Notes: generated from the sequence alone by a model not told the origin. A stretch of 64,000 nucleotides of DNA from a virus (IMGVR_UViG_3300034107_000364); one strand, 5' to 3'. Positions 8,222 to 17,610 are shown, numbered from the stretch's first letter. Made by a program: numbers and translations.

Positions 8222-10951
8222 ATGAAGAATATAGGATTTTCTAGAATCGATTTTTGGAGTACATCAAGCGGTGTATCAACTTCAAAGAGTACTGCACAGT
8301 CTACTACGACTGCGTGGTCAACTTCTCAGTCTACGAATGAAGCTGTAACAACTTCAAGAATGACTGACAAGGCATTTAATACTAGTCAATCTACTACGAC
8401 CACTTGGACAACAGTGTGGTCAACTTCACATAGTACAACTACAGTTTGGTCTACATCACATAGTACAACTACAGTTTGGTCTACATCACATAGTACATCA
8501 ACAGTTTGGGCTACATTGGTTGATACTAATCAGACTACTAGTTTGGGTACTTCTAGATCTACAACAACAGTTTGGGGTACTTCTATTGGAACCAGTCAAA
8601 GCACATCACATAGTACTACAACTACTTGGACTACTTCATGGACAACTAATCAGAGTACGAGCACTTCATGGGTAACAACTTGGACAACTAGTCAATCTAC
8701 GAGTCAAAGTACAACTACTACTTATACAACTTCATGGACTACATTATGGAATACAAGTCAAGGTACGACAACTACTTGGACAACTTCATGGACTACAACT
8801 TATAGCACTAGTCATTCGACGAATAAAAGTACATCTACTGTATGGACTACTTCATGGGTTACAACATATAGTACTAGTCAATCGACTACAACTACTTATA
8901 CAACTTCATGGACAACTTCGTATAATACAAATCAAACTACTTCGCATAGTACAACTACTGCGTGGACTACAACTTGGGATACTGGTGTTTCTACGACAAC
9001 TTCATGGACAACTTCATGGACTACTTCATATAATACTAGTCAGACCACTTCACATAGTACAACAACAACTTGGACAACTTCGCATACTACTGCATATGAA
9101 CTGACAACTTCAATGGGTACAACTACTTCATGGACTACTGTGTGGTTAACGAGTCATTCAACTACAACTACATACACAACGTCATATGCAACTAGTCATA
9201 CAACGAGTCAAAGTACTAGTGCGTCTACAACAACAACTTATAGTACGAGTCATTCAACTACTACTACGTGGACTACTGCGTGGACTACAACTTATAGCAC
9301 AAGTCATGCTACAAGTCAATCGACTACGACCACGTATAACACAAGCCAAAGTACAACTACTACGTGGACTACTTCATGGTCTACTTCATATAATACATTA
9401 TATAGTACGAGTCAATCAACTACGACCACGTATAACACAAGCCAAAGTACTAGTCATACAACCGTTACAATATGGACTACTACGTGGACTACTTCATGGG
9501 CAACTAGTCACACTACGAGTCAATCAACTACTACAACATATAACACAAGTCATAGTACAAGTACTACGTGGACAACAACATATGCAACTAGTCACACTAC
9601 GAGTCAGTCAACAAGTAGAACTACAAGTACTACGTGGACAACTTCATATGCAACTAGCCATTCAACGACTACCACGTGGACTACAACATATAATACAAGT
9701 CAAGTTACACAAAGAGTAACTTCTCATAATACAACAACAACATATGCAACTAGTCATTCAACGACTACTACGTGGACAACTTCATGGGTTACAACATATG
9801 CAACTAGTCATAGTACGAGTCATTCTACTACAACTACATATAATACAAGTAGATCTACGAGTCAAATAACTAGATATACTTGGACTACTTCATGGACTAC
9901 CTCATATACAACTACTTGGGCAACGAGTCATGCAACTTCAACAGTTTATAATACATCTCGAATAACTTCGACTACTTATACAACTACATGGGGGACATCA
10001 GCTGGTGCAAGTAGAAGTACTGGAATAAATACCACAACTACATATACAACTACTTGGGTAACTTCACATGTTACGAGTCAAAGTACAACTACGACTTATG
10101 GAACTTCTCTAGCATTATCTAGATCTACACAAGTTGGTGGAGGTGGATCTTATACAACCACATGGTCGACAGCTATAAATTATACAACGACATGGAGTAC
10201 TTATGTTGAATATGGAACCAATTGGACGTCTACTGTTTCTTACACAACTACATGGTCATCATGGCAAGAATGGACAACTTACTGGGATCAATATGAATAT
10301 TATTGGGTAAGTTATACAGCAGAAAGAAGTACTGAAGCTTTCGATTGTATAGTCGAAGGAACGCCGATTAATATTTCAACGAATACTACTGTGCTTGTTG
10401 AAAGTTTAAAACTAAACGATAATATTTTAACAATGGATGGACCATTTAATGTTGATAATATACCGGCATTAATAGCAGTATCTACTCCTAATATTACAAA
10501 TAGTTTATCAATAGATGATATTTTAGTTAGAGCAGATCGTGTAAATGTTTTCGGTATCATAGATATAAATAATGGATTATTAAAAACTACAGCTGAACAT
10601 ATGCACATTTTTAAAAGAGATGGCGCATGGATCTCTAGAGCTGCTTCTGCATTACAACTTGGAGATAAATTATATCACATCAGTGGTATAGAAATAGAAA
10701 TAACTTCATTAGTTGAAGATACTACTACACCATATGTTGTTTATAAATTAGACACTGAACCCAACGATACATTTTTTGCAAATGGAATCTTAACTCATAA
10801 TAAGAAACCAGGTTTATGTGATTTTAATGGATATGGTCCATTCTTATGTGATCCAAATGATCCATGTTATGATCCATGTAGCCCATATGCAGGTGACTTT
10901 GGTTGTGATTATTTATGTGGTAAAGATGGTCCTGGAATTAAAGAGATGTAA
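8222..10951 (+). CDS. Thr/Ser/Trp-rich zipper protein A with C-terminal Hint domain and Cys-rich tail
   Basis: About 700 aa of TTxW/TSQ units, then CIVEGT...H...FFANGILTHN (Hint), then a 49-aa Cys-rich peptide. Confidence 0.85.
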   Translation: MKNIGFSRIDFWSTSSGVSTSKSTAQSTTTAWSTSQSTNEAVTTSRMTDKAFNTSQSTTTTWTTVWSTSHSTTTVWSTSHSTTTVWSTSHSTSTVWATLVDTNQTTSLGTSRSTTTVWGTSIGTSQSTSHSTTTTWTTSWTTNQSTSTSWVTTWTTSQSTSQSTTTTYTTSWTTLWNTSQGTTTTWTTSWTTTYSTSHSTNKSTSTVWTTSWVTTYSTSQSTTTTYTTSWTTSYNTNQTTSHSTTTAWTTTWDTGVSTTTSWTTSWTTSYNTSQTTSHSTTTTWTTSHTTAYELTTSMGTTTSWTTVWLTSHSTTTTYTTSYATSHTTSQSTSASTTTTYSTSHSTTTTWTTAWTTTYSTSHATSQSTTTTYNTSQSTTTTWTTSWSTSYNTLYSTSQSTTTTYNTSQSTSHTTVTIWTTTWTTSWATSHTTSQSTTTTYNTSHSTSTTWTTTYATSHTTSQSTSRTTSTTWTTSYATSHSTTTTWTTTYNTSQVTQRVTSHNTTTTYATSHSTTTTWTTSWVTTYATSHSTSHSTTTTYNTSRSTSQITRYTWTTSWTTSYTTTWATSHATSTVYNTSRITSTTYTTTWGTSAGASRSTGINTTTTYTTTWVTSHVTSQSTTTTYGTSLALSRSTQVGGGGSYTTTWSTAINYTTTWSTYVEYGTNWTSTVSYTTTWSSWQEWTTYWDQYEYYWVSYTAERSTEAFDCIVEGTPINISTNTTVLVESLKLNDNILTMDGPFNVDNIPALIAVSTPNITNSLSIDDILVRADRVNVFGIIDINNGLLKTTAEHMHIFKRDGAWISRAASALQLGDKLYHISGIEIEITSLVEDTTTPYVVYKLDTEPNDTFFANGILTHNKKPGLCDFNGYGPFLCDPNDPCYDPCSPYAGDFGCDYLCGKDGPGIKEM
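10346..10801 (+). other. Hint (intein-like/BIL-type) autoprocessing domain, C709-N860
   Basis: Block A CIVEGTPI, block B TTAEHMH, block F VYKLD, block G FFANGILTHN; +1 residue is Lys; no endonuclease. Confidence 0.8.
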
Positions 10952-10990
10952 ATAGAATAATAAATAGAAATAAATTATATAAACTAAAAC

Positions 10991-13150
10991 ATGGCGATTT
11001 ATACAACATATTGGACTACTTCATATCAAGCATATGGCCCTGTTCCATATTCTCGTGCAACTGCTGCATGGGTATATCCTAGTAGAACTACGAGTTATAT
11101 CGCGTATCCTAGTAGAACTACTTCGTTTTATAGAAACACTAGTCAAAGTACATTCTATTATGCAAATACTTCTCAGGTTACATATCCTCCTATAATTTAT
11201 GCTAGTACTTCATGGACTACATATTTTAATACTAGTCATGTTACATCTACTGCATGGACAACATCATACAATACTAGCAGAACTACATCACATGTAACCG
11301 CAACTTATTGGGATACTTATTGGACTACTTATTTTAACACTAGCCAAACTACGAGTCATAATACAACTACTACTTGGGCAACGAGTCATTCTACTAGTAC
11401 AGTATATAATACTTCTGCAAGTACTTCACATACTACTAGTCAAAGTACATTTTCGGATGTATCAACAGCTTGGACTACTACTTGGGCGACGAGTCATGCA
11501 ACATCAACTACGTATACAACATCATATGCAACTAGTCATTCAACGAGTCAAAGTACAAGTCTAGCAACATCAACAACATATAACACTAGTCATTCAACAT
11601 CAACTTCATATTGGACTGAGTGGATCACTAGTTGGGCAACGAGTCATGTAACGAGTCAAAGTACAACTACTACATACATAACGAGTCATGCAACGAGTCA
11701 AAGTACGACTACTACGTGGACTACATATTGGACTACAACGTATAATACGAGTCATGCGACGAGTCAATCGACAACAACTGCATATAACACTAGTCATTCA
11801 ACATCAACTTCATGGACTACAACATATATTACAAGTCGAGTTACCAGTGATTTAACAGCTCAGAATACAACGACAACATATACAACTAATTGGTCAACGA
11901 GTCATACAACGACTACAACATGGCTTACAAATTATGTAACTAGTCACATGACGAGTCAAAGTACTAGTAGATCTACAACGACAGCTTGGTCTACGAGTCA
12001 TAGTACAACTACTACGTGGACAACTACATATTCAACTAGTCACACTACGAGTCAGTCAACAAGTAGATCTACAACGACCACGTATAATACGAGTCATAGT
12101 ACAACTACTACGTGGACAACTTCATGGACTACTGCATATGTAACTAGTCACACAACGAGTCATGCTACATCGACAACATATAATACGAGTCAAGGTACGA
12201 GTAGATCTACATCTACAAGTTGGATTACATCTTGGATAACTACATATAATACGAGTCAAAGTACCACAACTACGTATACAACTACATGGTTAACAAGTCA
12301 CACTACGAGTCAATCTACGAGTCGAAGTACAACTACTACATGGGCTACAAGTCGGTCTACTAACCAATCGACTACAACCACGTACACGACTACATGGACA
12401 ACGAGTCATACAACGAGTCATAGTACAAGTCATAGTACAACTACAACTTGGTCAACTAGTCATGGAACTAGCCAATCAACGAGTCAGTCTACGACTACTA
12501 CGTGGACAACAACATATTCAACTAGTCACACAACGAGTCAATCTACTACGCTTAGTACAACGACAATTTGGCAAACTAATTGGACAACGAGTCAATCTAC
12601 GAGTCATAGTACAACGACAACATGGACGACTTCATGGTCAACTTCATTTTCTACTTCACAAAGTACAACTACAAGTTGGACAACGAGTCAGTCTACCAAT
12701 CAGTCAACGACTATGACGTATACTACTTCGTGGACTACAAATTGGAATACGAGCCAAAGTACAACTACAAGTTGGGTTACAGAATGGACAACTACTTGGG
12801 CAACTCTTAAAAATACGTCACAGTCTACGACTACTACGTATAATACGAGTGCATCTACGACTACTACGTATAATACAAGTGTATCTACAACGACCACTTA
12901 TAATACGAGCCAGAGTACGAGTCAATCGACAACTACAACTTGGTCAACTATTTATAGTGTTAGTACAGAATGGACAACCACATGGGCAACCACAACAACT
13001 TGGACTACAAGTGTATCTACGAGTACAAGTTGGACAACAACTTGGATTACAGCTTACGAAAAATTAGAAACTTGGTACGCAAATAATACACCTCTTAATA
13101 AACTATCTACAAATAGACAATGGAGACAAAATCCATATCAAGGTAATTAA
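10991..13150 (+). CDS. Thr/Ser/Trp-rich zipper protein B (mirror partner of protein A)
   Basis: 719 aa built from the same TTxW/TSQ/TSH units. Confidence 0.85.
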   Translation: MAIYTTYWTTSYQAYGPVPYSRATAAWVYPSRTTSYIAYPSRTTSFYRNTSQSTFYYANTSQVTYPPIIYASTSWTTYFNTSHVTSTAWTTSYNTSRTTSHVTATYWDTYWTTYFNTSQTTSHNTTTTWATSHSTSTVYNTSASTSHTTSQSTFSDVSTAWTTTWATSHATSTTYTTSYATSHSTSQSTSLATSTTYNTSHSTSTSYWTEWITSWATSHVTSQSTTTTYITSHATSQSTTTTWTTYWTTTYNTSHATSQSTTTAYNTSHSTSTSWTTTYITSRVTSDLTAQNTTTTYTTNWSTSHTTTTTWLTNYVTSHMTSQSTSRSTTTAWSTSHSTTTTWTTTYSTSHTTSQSTSRSTTTTYNTSHSTTTTWTTSWTTAYVTSHTTSHATSTTYNTSQGTSRSTSTSWITSWITTYNTSQSTTTTYTTTWLTSHTTSQSTSRSTTTTWATSRSTNQSTTTTYTTTWTTSHTTSHSTSHSTTTTWSTSHGTSQSTSQSTTTTWTTTYSTSHTTSQSTTLSTTTIWQTNWTTSQSTSHSTTTTWTTSWSTSFSTSQSTTTSWTTSQSTNQSTTMTYTTSWTTNWNTSQSTTTSWVTEWTTTWATLKNTSQSTTTTYNTSASTTTTYNTSVSTTTTYNTSQSTSQSTTTTWSTIYSVSTEWTTTWATTTTWTTSVSTSTSWTTTWITAYEKLETWYANNTPLNKLSTNRQWRQNPYQGN

Positions 13151-13171
13151 AACACAAAATACTAAAATGAA

Positions 13172-13199
13172 AAGACTTACTTCGGTAGGTCTTTTTTTT
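13172..13199 (+). terminator. Intrinsic terminator
   Basis: AGACTTAC-TTCG-GTAGGTCT hairpin plus T-run. Confidence 0.85.
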
Positions 13200-13227
13200 G
13201 CCTATAAAATAAGTTAGATAAATAATT

Positions 13228-13253
13228 AAACAAACAGAAGTTTGTTTGTATAA
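13228..13253 (+). promoter_or_regulatory. Putative phage promoter class AAAC-N16-GTATAA
   Basis: The same spaced motif recurs at 18982, 21704, 28094, 32292 and 43739. Confidence 0.6.
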
Positions 13254-13273
13254 CAATTAAATTATTTTAACAT

Positions 13274-14209
13274 ATGGAAATGTTTAACAAGAAAGTTCTA
13301 GCAGAACGAATAGGACCTCTAAAAAAGAATGTAAATCTGGATGCCTTGGAAGAGGTTGAAAGATATGTGATTAAGAAATGTAAAGAATTAGGTATTGAAC
13401 ATAGTTATGATGTGATTGCCGAAGAAATGCCATACTTCAAAACTATGGGATATACCGAATATGCAACAGTATTTATGTTACAACCTTTAAATCTAAAGAT
13501 GCGAACAGGCCAAATCATGGATGCATATCTAGATAATGTTGAAGACGTTTCAGATTGGGCTGCATATTTCAGATCTAATATAGAATCTAAAATGGCTAAC
13601 AAGTATCAAGAGCGTAAAGAAGATTTTGATTCTTATTCAAATAAATCTATTCTTGTTATTCTTCCTGGATCAAATAAGCTTAAAACAAATTGTTGTTTAA
13701 ATAAATTAATTCAAATTGCTAAAGAGCATAAGGGTGATATTTACTTTAAACCACATCCAATTACAACGCACGCTGTAATTGGAGAAATCAAAGATCTCTT
13801 CGGTGAAGAAGCTATTTTACCTAGAGATATCGATTTGTATCACTTCTTACAAAAAGCAGAAAAGGTTTATACAACTCACATCAGTGAAAGTGCTTTATAT
13901 GCTACCGTTTTAGGTAAAGAAGTTGAGCCTATTGATGTTTGGAATAATGTACACCAAGGTTCTTTCTATGCAATCAATTCACACTTATTTGACCACAGAA
14001 ATAATGCACCAGAATGGGTTAATAGAACATTTTCAAGTCCTAAGTCTGGACTTATTCATCCAGTAATTGACAAAGATTGGAAGAAAAAGGTTGACTTGTA
14101 TTTTGAATACATTTTTGCCAAACGTAAATATTACAAAGGATGGTTCTTAGATCAACCTAAGAAAAATCCACAAAATAAACCAAATGGACCTAGTGGTCCT
14201 AAACGATAA
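13274..14209 (+). CDS. Capsule-polysaccharide-synthesis-like (KpsS/KpsC-type) glycosyltransferase
   Basis: IYFKPHP motif, then KVYT..SESALYA.VLGKEV typical of this GT-B group. Confidence 0.6.
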   Translation: MEMFNKKVLAERIGPLKKNVNLDALEEVERYVIKKCKELGIEHSYDVIAEEMPYFKTMGYTEYATVFMLQPLNLKMRTGQIMDAYLDNVEDVSDWAAYFRSNIESKMANKYQERKEDFDSYSNKSILVILPGSNKLKTNCCLNKLIQIAKEHKGDIYFKPHPITTHAVIGEIKDLFGEEAILPRDIDLYHFLQKAEKVYTTHISESALYATVLGKEVEPIDVWNNVHQGSFYAINSHLFDHRNNAPEWVNRTFSSPKSGLIHPVIDKDWKKKVDLYFEYIFAKRKYYKGWFLDQPKKNPQNKPNGPSGPKR

Positions 14210-14737
14210 ATGGAAAATTTACTATCAGACGAGTATAGATCCAAGATAGAAGCTGTTACTCAAAAAATGCCATGGGGCGGAGATGTAATAGGATCGGTTC
14301 CTAGAATTTATAAATATGCATCTGAACATAATTGCAAATCTATTTTAGATTATGGTTCTGGTAAATCTGATTTCTTGAAAACAATAGATCGTGATTTTCC
14401 AGATCATGGTTTTCAGATTAATCAATATGAACCAGCAAGACCTGAATTAGCTAGTGATCCAATCGCCAGTGATATGGTAATTTGTGTTGATGTACTCGAA
14501 CATATCGAGCCCGACAAATTAGATAATGTATTAGAACATATTGCTTCAAAGACAAATAAGATATTTTATTTTAAAGTGTGTTTGTTACCTTCTTTTAATT
14601 CATTTGAAGATGGAACAAATCTACATCTGATAGTCGAACCTAAAGAATTTTGGTTAGATAAATTATCTAAATATTACACATTAGAAGATATTGTTTCTCC
14701 ACGTGGACATGTATGGGGATTAGCAACAAAAAAATAA
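14210..14737 (+). CDS. Class I SAM-dependent methyltransferase
   Basis: ILDYGSGK motif I; DMVICVDVLEHI. Confidence 0.85.
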   Translation: MENLLSDEYRSKIEAVTQKMPWGGDVIGSVPRIYKYASEHNCKSILDYGSGKSDFLKTIDRDFPDHGFQINQYEPARPELASDPIASDMVICVDVLEHIEPDKLDNVLEHIASKTNKIFYFKVCLLPSFNSFEDGTNLHLIVEPKEFWLDKLSKYYTLEDIVSPRGHVWGLATKK

Positions 14738-14744
14738 CAATTTA

Positions 14745-14771
14745 AAACCTATAGAAATATAGGTTTTTTTT
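14745..14771 (+). terminator. Intrinsic terminator
   Basis: AAAACCTATA-GAAA-TATAGGTTTT plus T-run. Confidence 0.8.
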
Positions 14772-14804
14772 AGTTAGATAAATATATTATAATATTATAA
14801 TTAA

Positions 14805-15824
14805 ATGAAACTACTAATTTATGCGGGTTATCAAAGCCATGGATTCGATGGTAACACTACATATGGTCTCGGTGGAACAGAAGTATCTATAATTAAATTA
14901 GCCAAAGAGATGGTTAAGTTTGGTTATAAAGTTGTTGTTTCAGGCGAAGTTAATAATTCAGGATTAATCGATGGAGTAGAATGGATTTCAACTAATGATT
15001 TACATAACAAATACTTTGATCAATTTGATTTTATTGTTTCAGCAAGTTATATTCATTTCCTAAAAGAATTTAAAGGGTACAATGCTAAGAAGATATTTTG
15101 GGCACATAATACACATCATCATCCGTGGTTTAATGGTATAGAATTACAAGATGCTGACCAATTAATACAACAAGTGGATCATACAATATGTTTAACTAAT
15201 TGGCATAAGAATCAATGGTCAAATGCATATAATATACCACTAGATAAAATATCTGTCATTGGAAACGGTATAGACTTGTCTACCTTCTATGGCAACCCTG
15301 AAAAAATAAAAGGTAAATTCATATATAGTTCAGCAGCAGAACGGGGTTTAAAGGAATTATTGGAGAATTGGCACACGATTAAAAGAATAATGCCACATGC
15401 TACATTAGATGTGTTTTCACCAGCATATGCAATTACAGATATTGATGATAGTCATTACAACAAAAGCATGGGAATAAAATTCCACGGTTCTGTTAATCAA
15501 GAAATCTTACATAACGCAATGTTAAGATCAGAATATTGGTGCTACATAACAGATTATGAAGAGACTTATTGTATCACTGCACTAGAAATGCAATACGCTA
15601 AGGTACTTCCTATAGTTACAAATATTGCAGCATTAAATGAGACTGTAAATTCTGGAATTATATTAGATCGTCATGAAACAAATTGGGAACAAGTCGTAAA
15701 AATATTAGACACACTAGGTAATGAACTTAAAAACAAAGCAATTGAAGATGCTTTCCAATGGGCTAAATGTCAAACATGGAATGCTAGATCTTATGATTGG
15801 AAATCTACATTAGAATCTATATGA
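14805..15824 (+). CDS. GT4-like (GT-B) glycosyltransferase
   Basis: LGGTE N-terminal motif; NGID; EETYCITALEMQ (ExFxxxxxE-like). Confidence 0.85.
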   Translation: MKLLIYAGYQSHGFDGNTTYGLGGTEVSIIKLAKEMVKFGYKVVVSGEVNNSGLIDGVEWISTNDLHNKYFDQFDFIVSASYIHFLKEFKGYNAKKIFWAHNTHHHPWFNGIELQDADQLIQQVDHTICLTNWHKNQWSNAYNIPLDKISVIGNGIDLSTFYGNPEKIKGKFIYSSAAERGLKELLENWHTIKRIMPHATLDVFSPAYAITDIDDSHYNKSMGIKFHGSVNQEILHNAMLRSEYWCYITDYEETYCITALEMQYAKVLPIVTNIAALNETVNSGIILDRHETNWEQVVKILDTLGNELKNKAIEDAFQWAKCQTWNARSYDWKSTLESI

Positions 15825-17155
15825 AAATAGATAAAATTTATATAATTAGTTTAGAAGCTAATAAACCTGAAGCTCAAGGTAAAATAATAGAAAAGATCGA
15901 TGCTTTGCAATTACCATATGCAGTTGCATGGGAAATTGTTCAAGGATTTGATGGAAGATCTGGTGAAATATTACCAGGATATTCTGTATATAATGGTTGG
16001 AATTTAAAAGATGAAACCACAAATGGTTGGTGGCAACGTGAAGTAACTCCAGGTGAAACAGGTTGTGCAATAAGTCATCATATGATTTGGCAAAAAATCA
16101 TAGATGACAAAGTTGAAGTAGCACTGATATTAGAAGATGATTTTCATAAAGTAAAATCATTTAATAATCCAATAATTCCAGAAGTCGAATACGATATTGC
16201 ATTCCTAGGTCGACATGCTTTATTTCCAGGAGATGAATTATTAGTTGCTCATAATTGGGTAGAAGTGTTAAGTAGTTATAATACGCATGCATATATTATT
16301 AAACACAACACTGCACTTACATTGTTAAATGAATATAATTTTACGGAGAATCTTATTACGCCTGATGAATTTTTAACAGCGACTTTTACAAAGCATAGAC
16401 GTGAAGATATTGCAGAACTATTTCCTCCTAAACTTAAAGCAATAGCACCTACTGTAAATTTTATAGAACAAGATCGACCACATTCTGAATCTAACACAGA
16501 ACCTGTTGGTGCAAATATAAATCTAATGAAAGAAAGCAATCAACCGTATTTTGAAATCTTAGATGATTCAGATTGGGAATTATGGAAATCTAAATATTTA
16601 AATCATACATTATCTAAGGGTGAATATGACTTAATGATAGATGATATTGGTAATAATATCTACGAGTTTCCATTATTCACTGATAAATTCTGTAAAGAAG
16701 CAGTAGCTTTAGCAGAGACTCTAGATAAGTGGACACTAGACAGACATGAATTTTATCCAACAAATGATGTCTTATTACCCGAACTTGGTTTAGATCAAAT
16801 TTATGGTAGAGTATTAAGAGAAGTTGTATATCCTATTTGTATTCATTTATGGAGATTAGATGGTCAAGGTTGGTCAACAATGTTTAGTGAAAACTTTATG
16901 GCAAGATACACAACAGATCGTCAATCTCACTTGAGCTTACATCATGATTTCAGTCATGTTACTATGGTTGTAAAATTGAATGACGAGTTTGATGGTGGTG
17001 GAACATGGTTTCCTAAATACAAAACACTATCAAATCCAAGAAAAGTTGGAACAGCAACATTACATCCAGGCATGGTCACACATTTACACGGAGCTAGACC
17101 AATAACAGCAGGTAAAAGATATGTTTGTGTATCGTTTATGAGAAAAGAGAATTAA
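15821..17155 (+). CDS. GT25 glycosyltransferase fused to a 2OG-Fe(II) oxygenase (lysyl hydroxylase/PLOD-like)
   Basis: GETGCAISH..W...ILEDD (GT25); HHD...GGGTWF...HPG..THLHG......GKRY (2OG dioxygenase); start taken at the ATG overlapping the upstream stop. Confidence 0.8.
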   Translation: MKIDKIYIISLEANKPEAQGKIIEKIDALQLPYAVAWEIVQGFDGRSGEILPGYSVYNGWNLKDETTNGWWQREVTPGETGCAISHHMIWQKIIDDKVEVALILEDDFHKVKSFNNPIIPEVEYDIAFLGRHALFPGDELLVAHNWVEVLSSYNTHAYIIKHNTALTLLNEYNFTENLITPDEFLTATFTKHRREDIAELFPPKLKAIAPTVNFIEQDRPHSESNTEPVGANINLMKESNQPYFEILDDSDWELWKSKYLNHTLSKGEYDLMIDDIGNNIYEFPLFTDKFCKEAVALAETLDKWTLDRHEFYPTNDVLLPELGLDQIYGRVLREVVYPICIHLWRLDGQGWSTMFSENFMARYTTDRQSHLSLHHDFSHVTMVVKLNDEFDGGGTWFPKYKTLSNPRKVGTATLHPGMVTHLHGARPITAGKRYVCVSFMRKEN

Positions 17156-17171
17156 TTAATTAAATATAAAA

Positions 17172-17600
17172 ATGAAAAAAGAGATTACATTTAATCAAAC
17201 CATCGGAGATGATGGACATTTAGTTTCACCAGTATTAAATCCTGGATGCAAAAACTATTTGATTGATATTGATGGTACAATTACAGATGATGTACCTAAC
17301 GAAGAACCAGAAAGAATGTCAGTTGTATTACCATATGATGGTGCTGCAGAAACTTTAAACGGATGGTTTAATGAAGGACACATCATTACATTTTTTACTT
17401 CAAGAACCGAAGAGACTAGAGATATTACTGAAACTTGGTTAAATAAGCATGGTTTTAAATATCATGGTTTATTAATGGGGAAACCTCGAGGAGGTAATTA
17501 TCACTGGATTGACAATCACATTGTAAGAGGTACCAGATATAATGGTGTATGGTCAGAACTAATAGAAAAGAAAGTTACCATTGAAGTATTTAAAGATTGA
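17172..17600 (+). CDS. Small HAD-superfamily phosphatase-like protein
   Basis: IDIDGTI motif I, FFTSR motif II, MGKP..., WIDN. Confidence 0.75.
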   Translation: MKKEITFNQTIGDDGHLVSPVLNPGCKNYLIDIDGTITDDVPNEEPERMSVVLPYDGAAETLNGWFNEGHIITFFTSRTEETRDITETWLNKHGFKYHGLLMGKPRGGNYHWIDNHIVRGTRYNGVWSELIEKKVTIEVFKD

Positions 17601-17610
17601 TATATATTAG

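Noticed and set aside
10346-10801. Canonical mobile intein
   Set aside because: No homing endonuclease, the +1 residue is Lys, and it is not inserted in a conserved enzyme motif; it fits a BIL/Hint processing domain better
10949-10993. Readthrough fusing zipper A and B into one ORF (they are in the same frame)
   Set aside because: The 39-nt spacer contains further in-frame TAA stops and looks like an ordinary A-rich translation initiation region
8222-13150. DNA-level inverted duplication as the cause of the A/B mirror pattern
   Set aside because: Both genes are on the + strand and both are rich in ACN (Thr) codons. The reverse complement of one would be G/T-rich and would not encode the other, so the complementarity is at the protein level.
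8222-13150. Ice-binding beta-solenoid interpretation of the Thr-rich repeats
   Set aside because: A solenoid needs a constant repeat length. Here block lengths vary aperiodically and are mirrored in the partner, which a solenoid would not explain; ice binding as a side property is not excluded.
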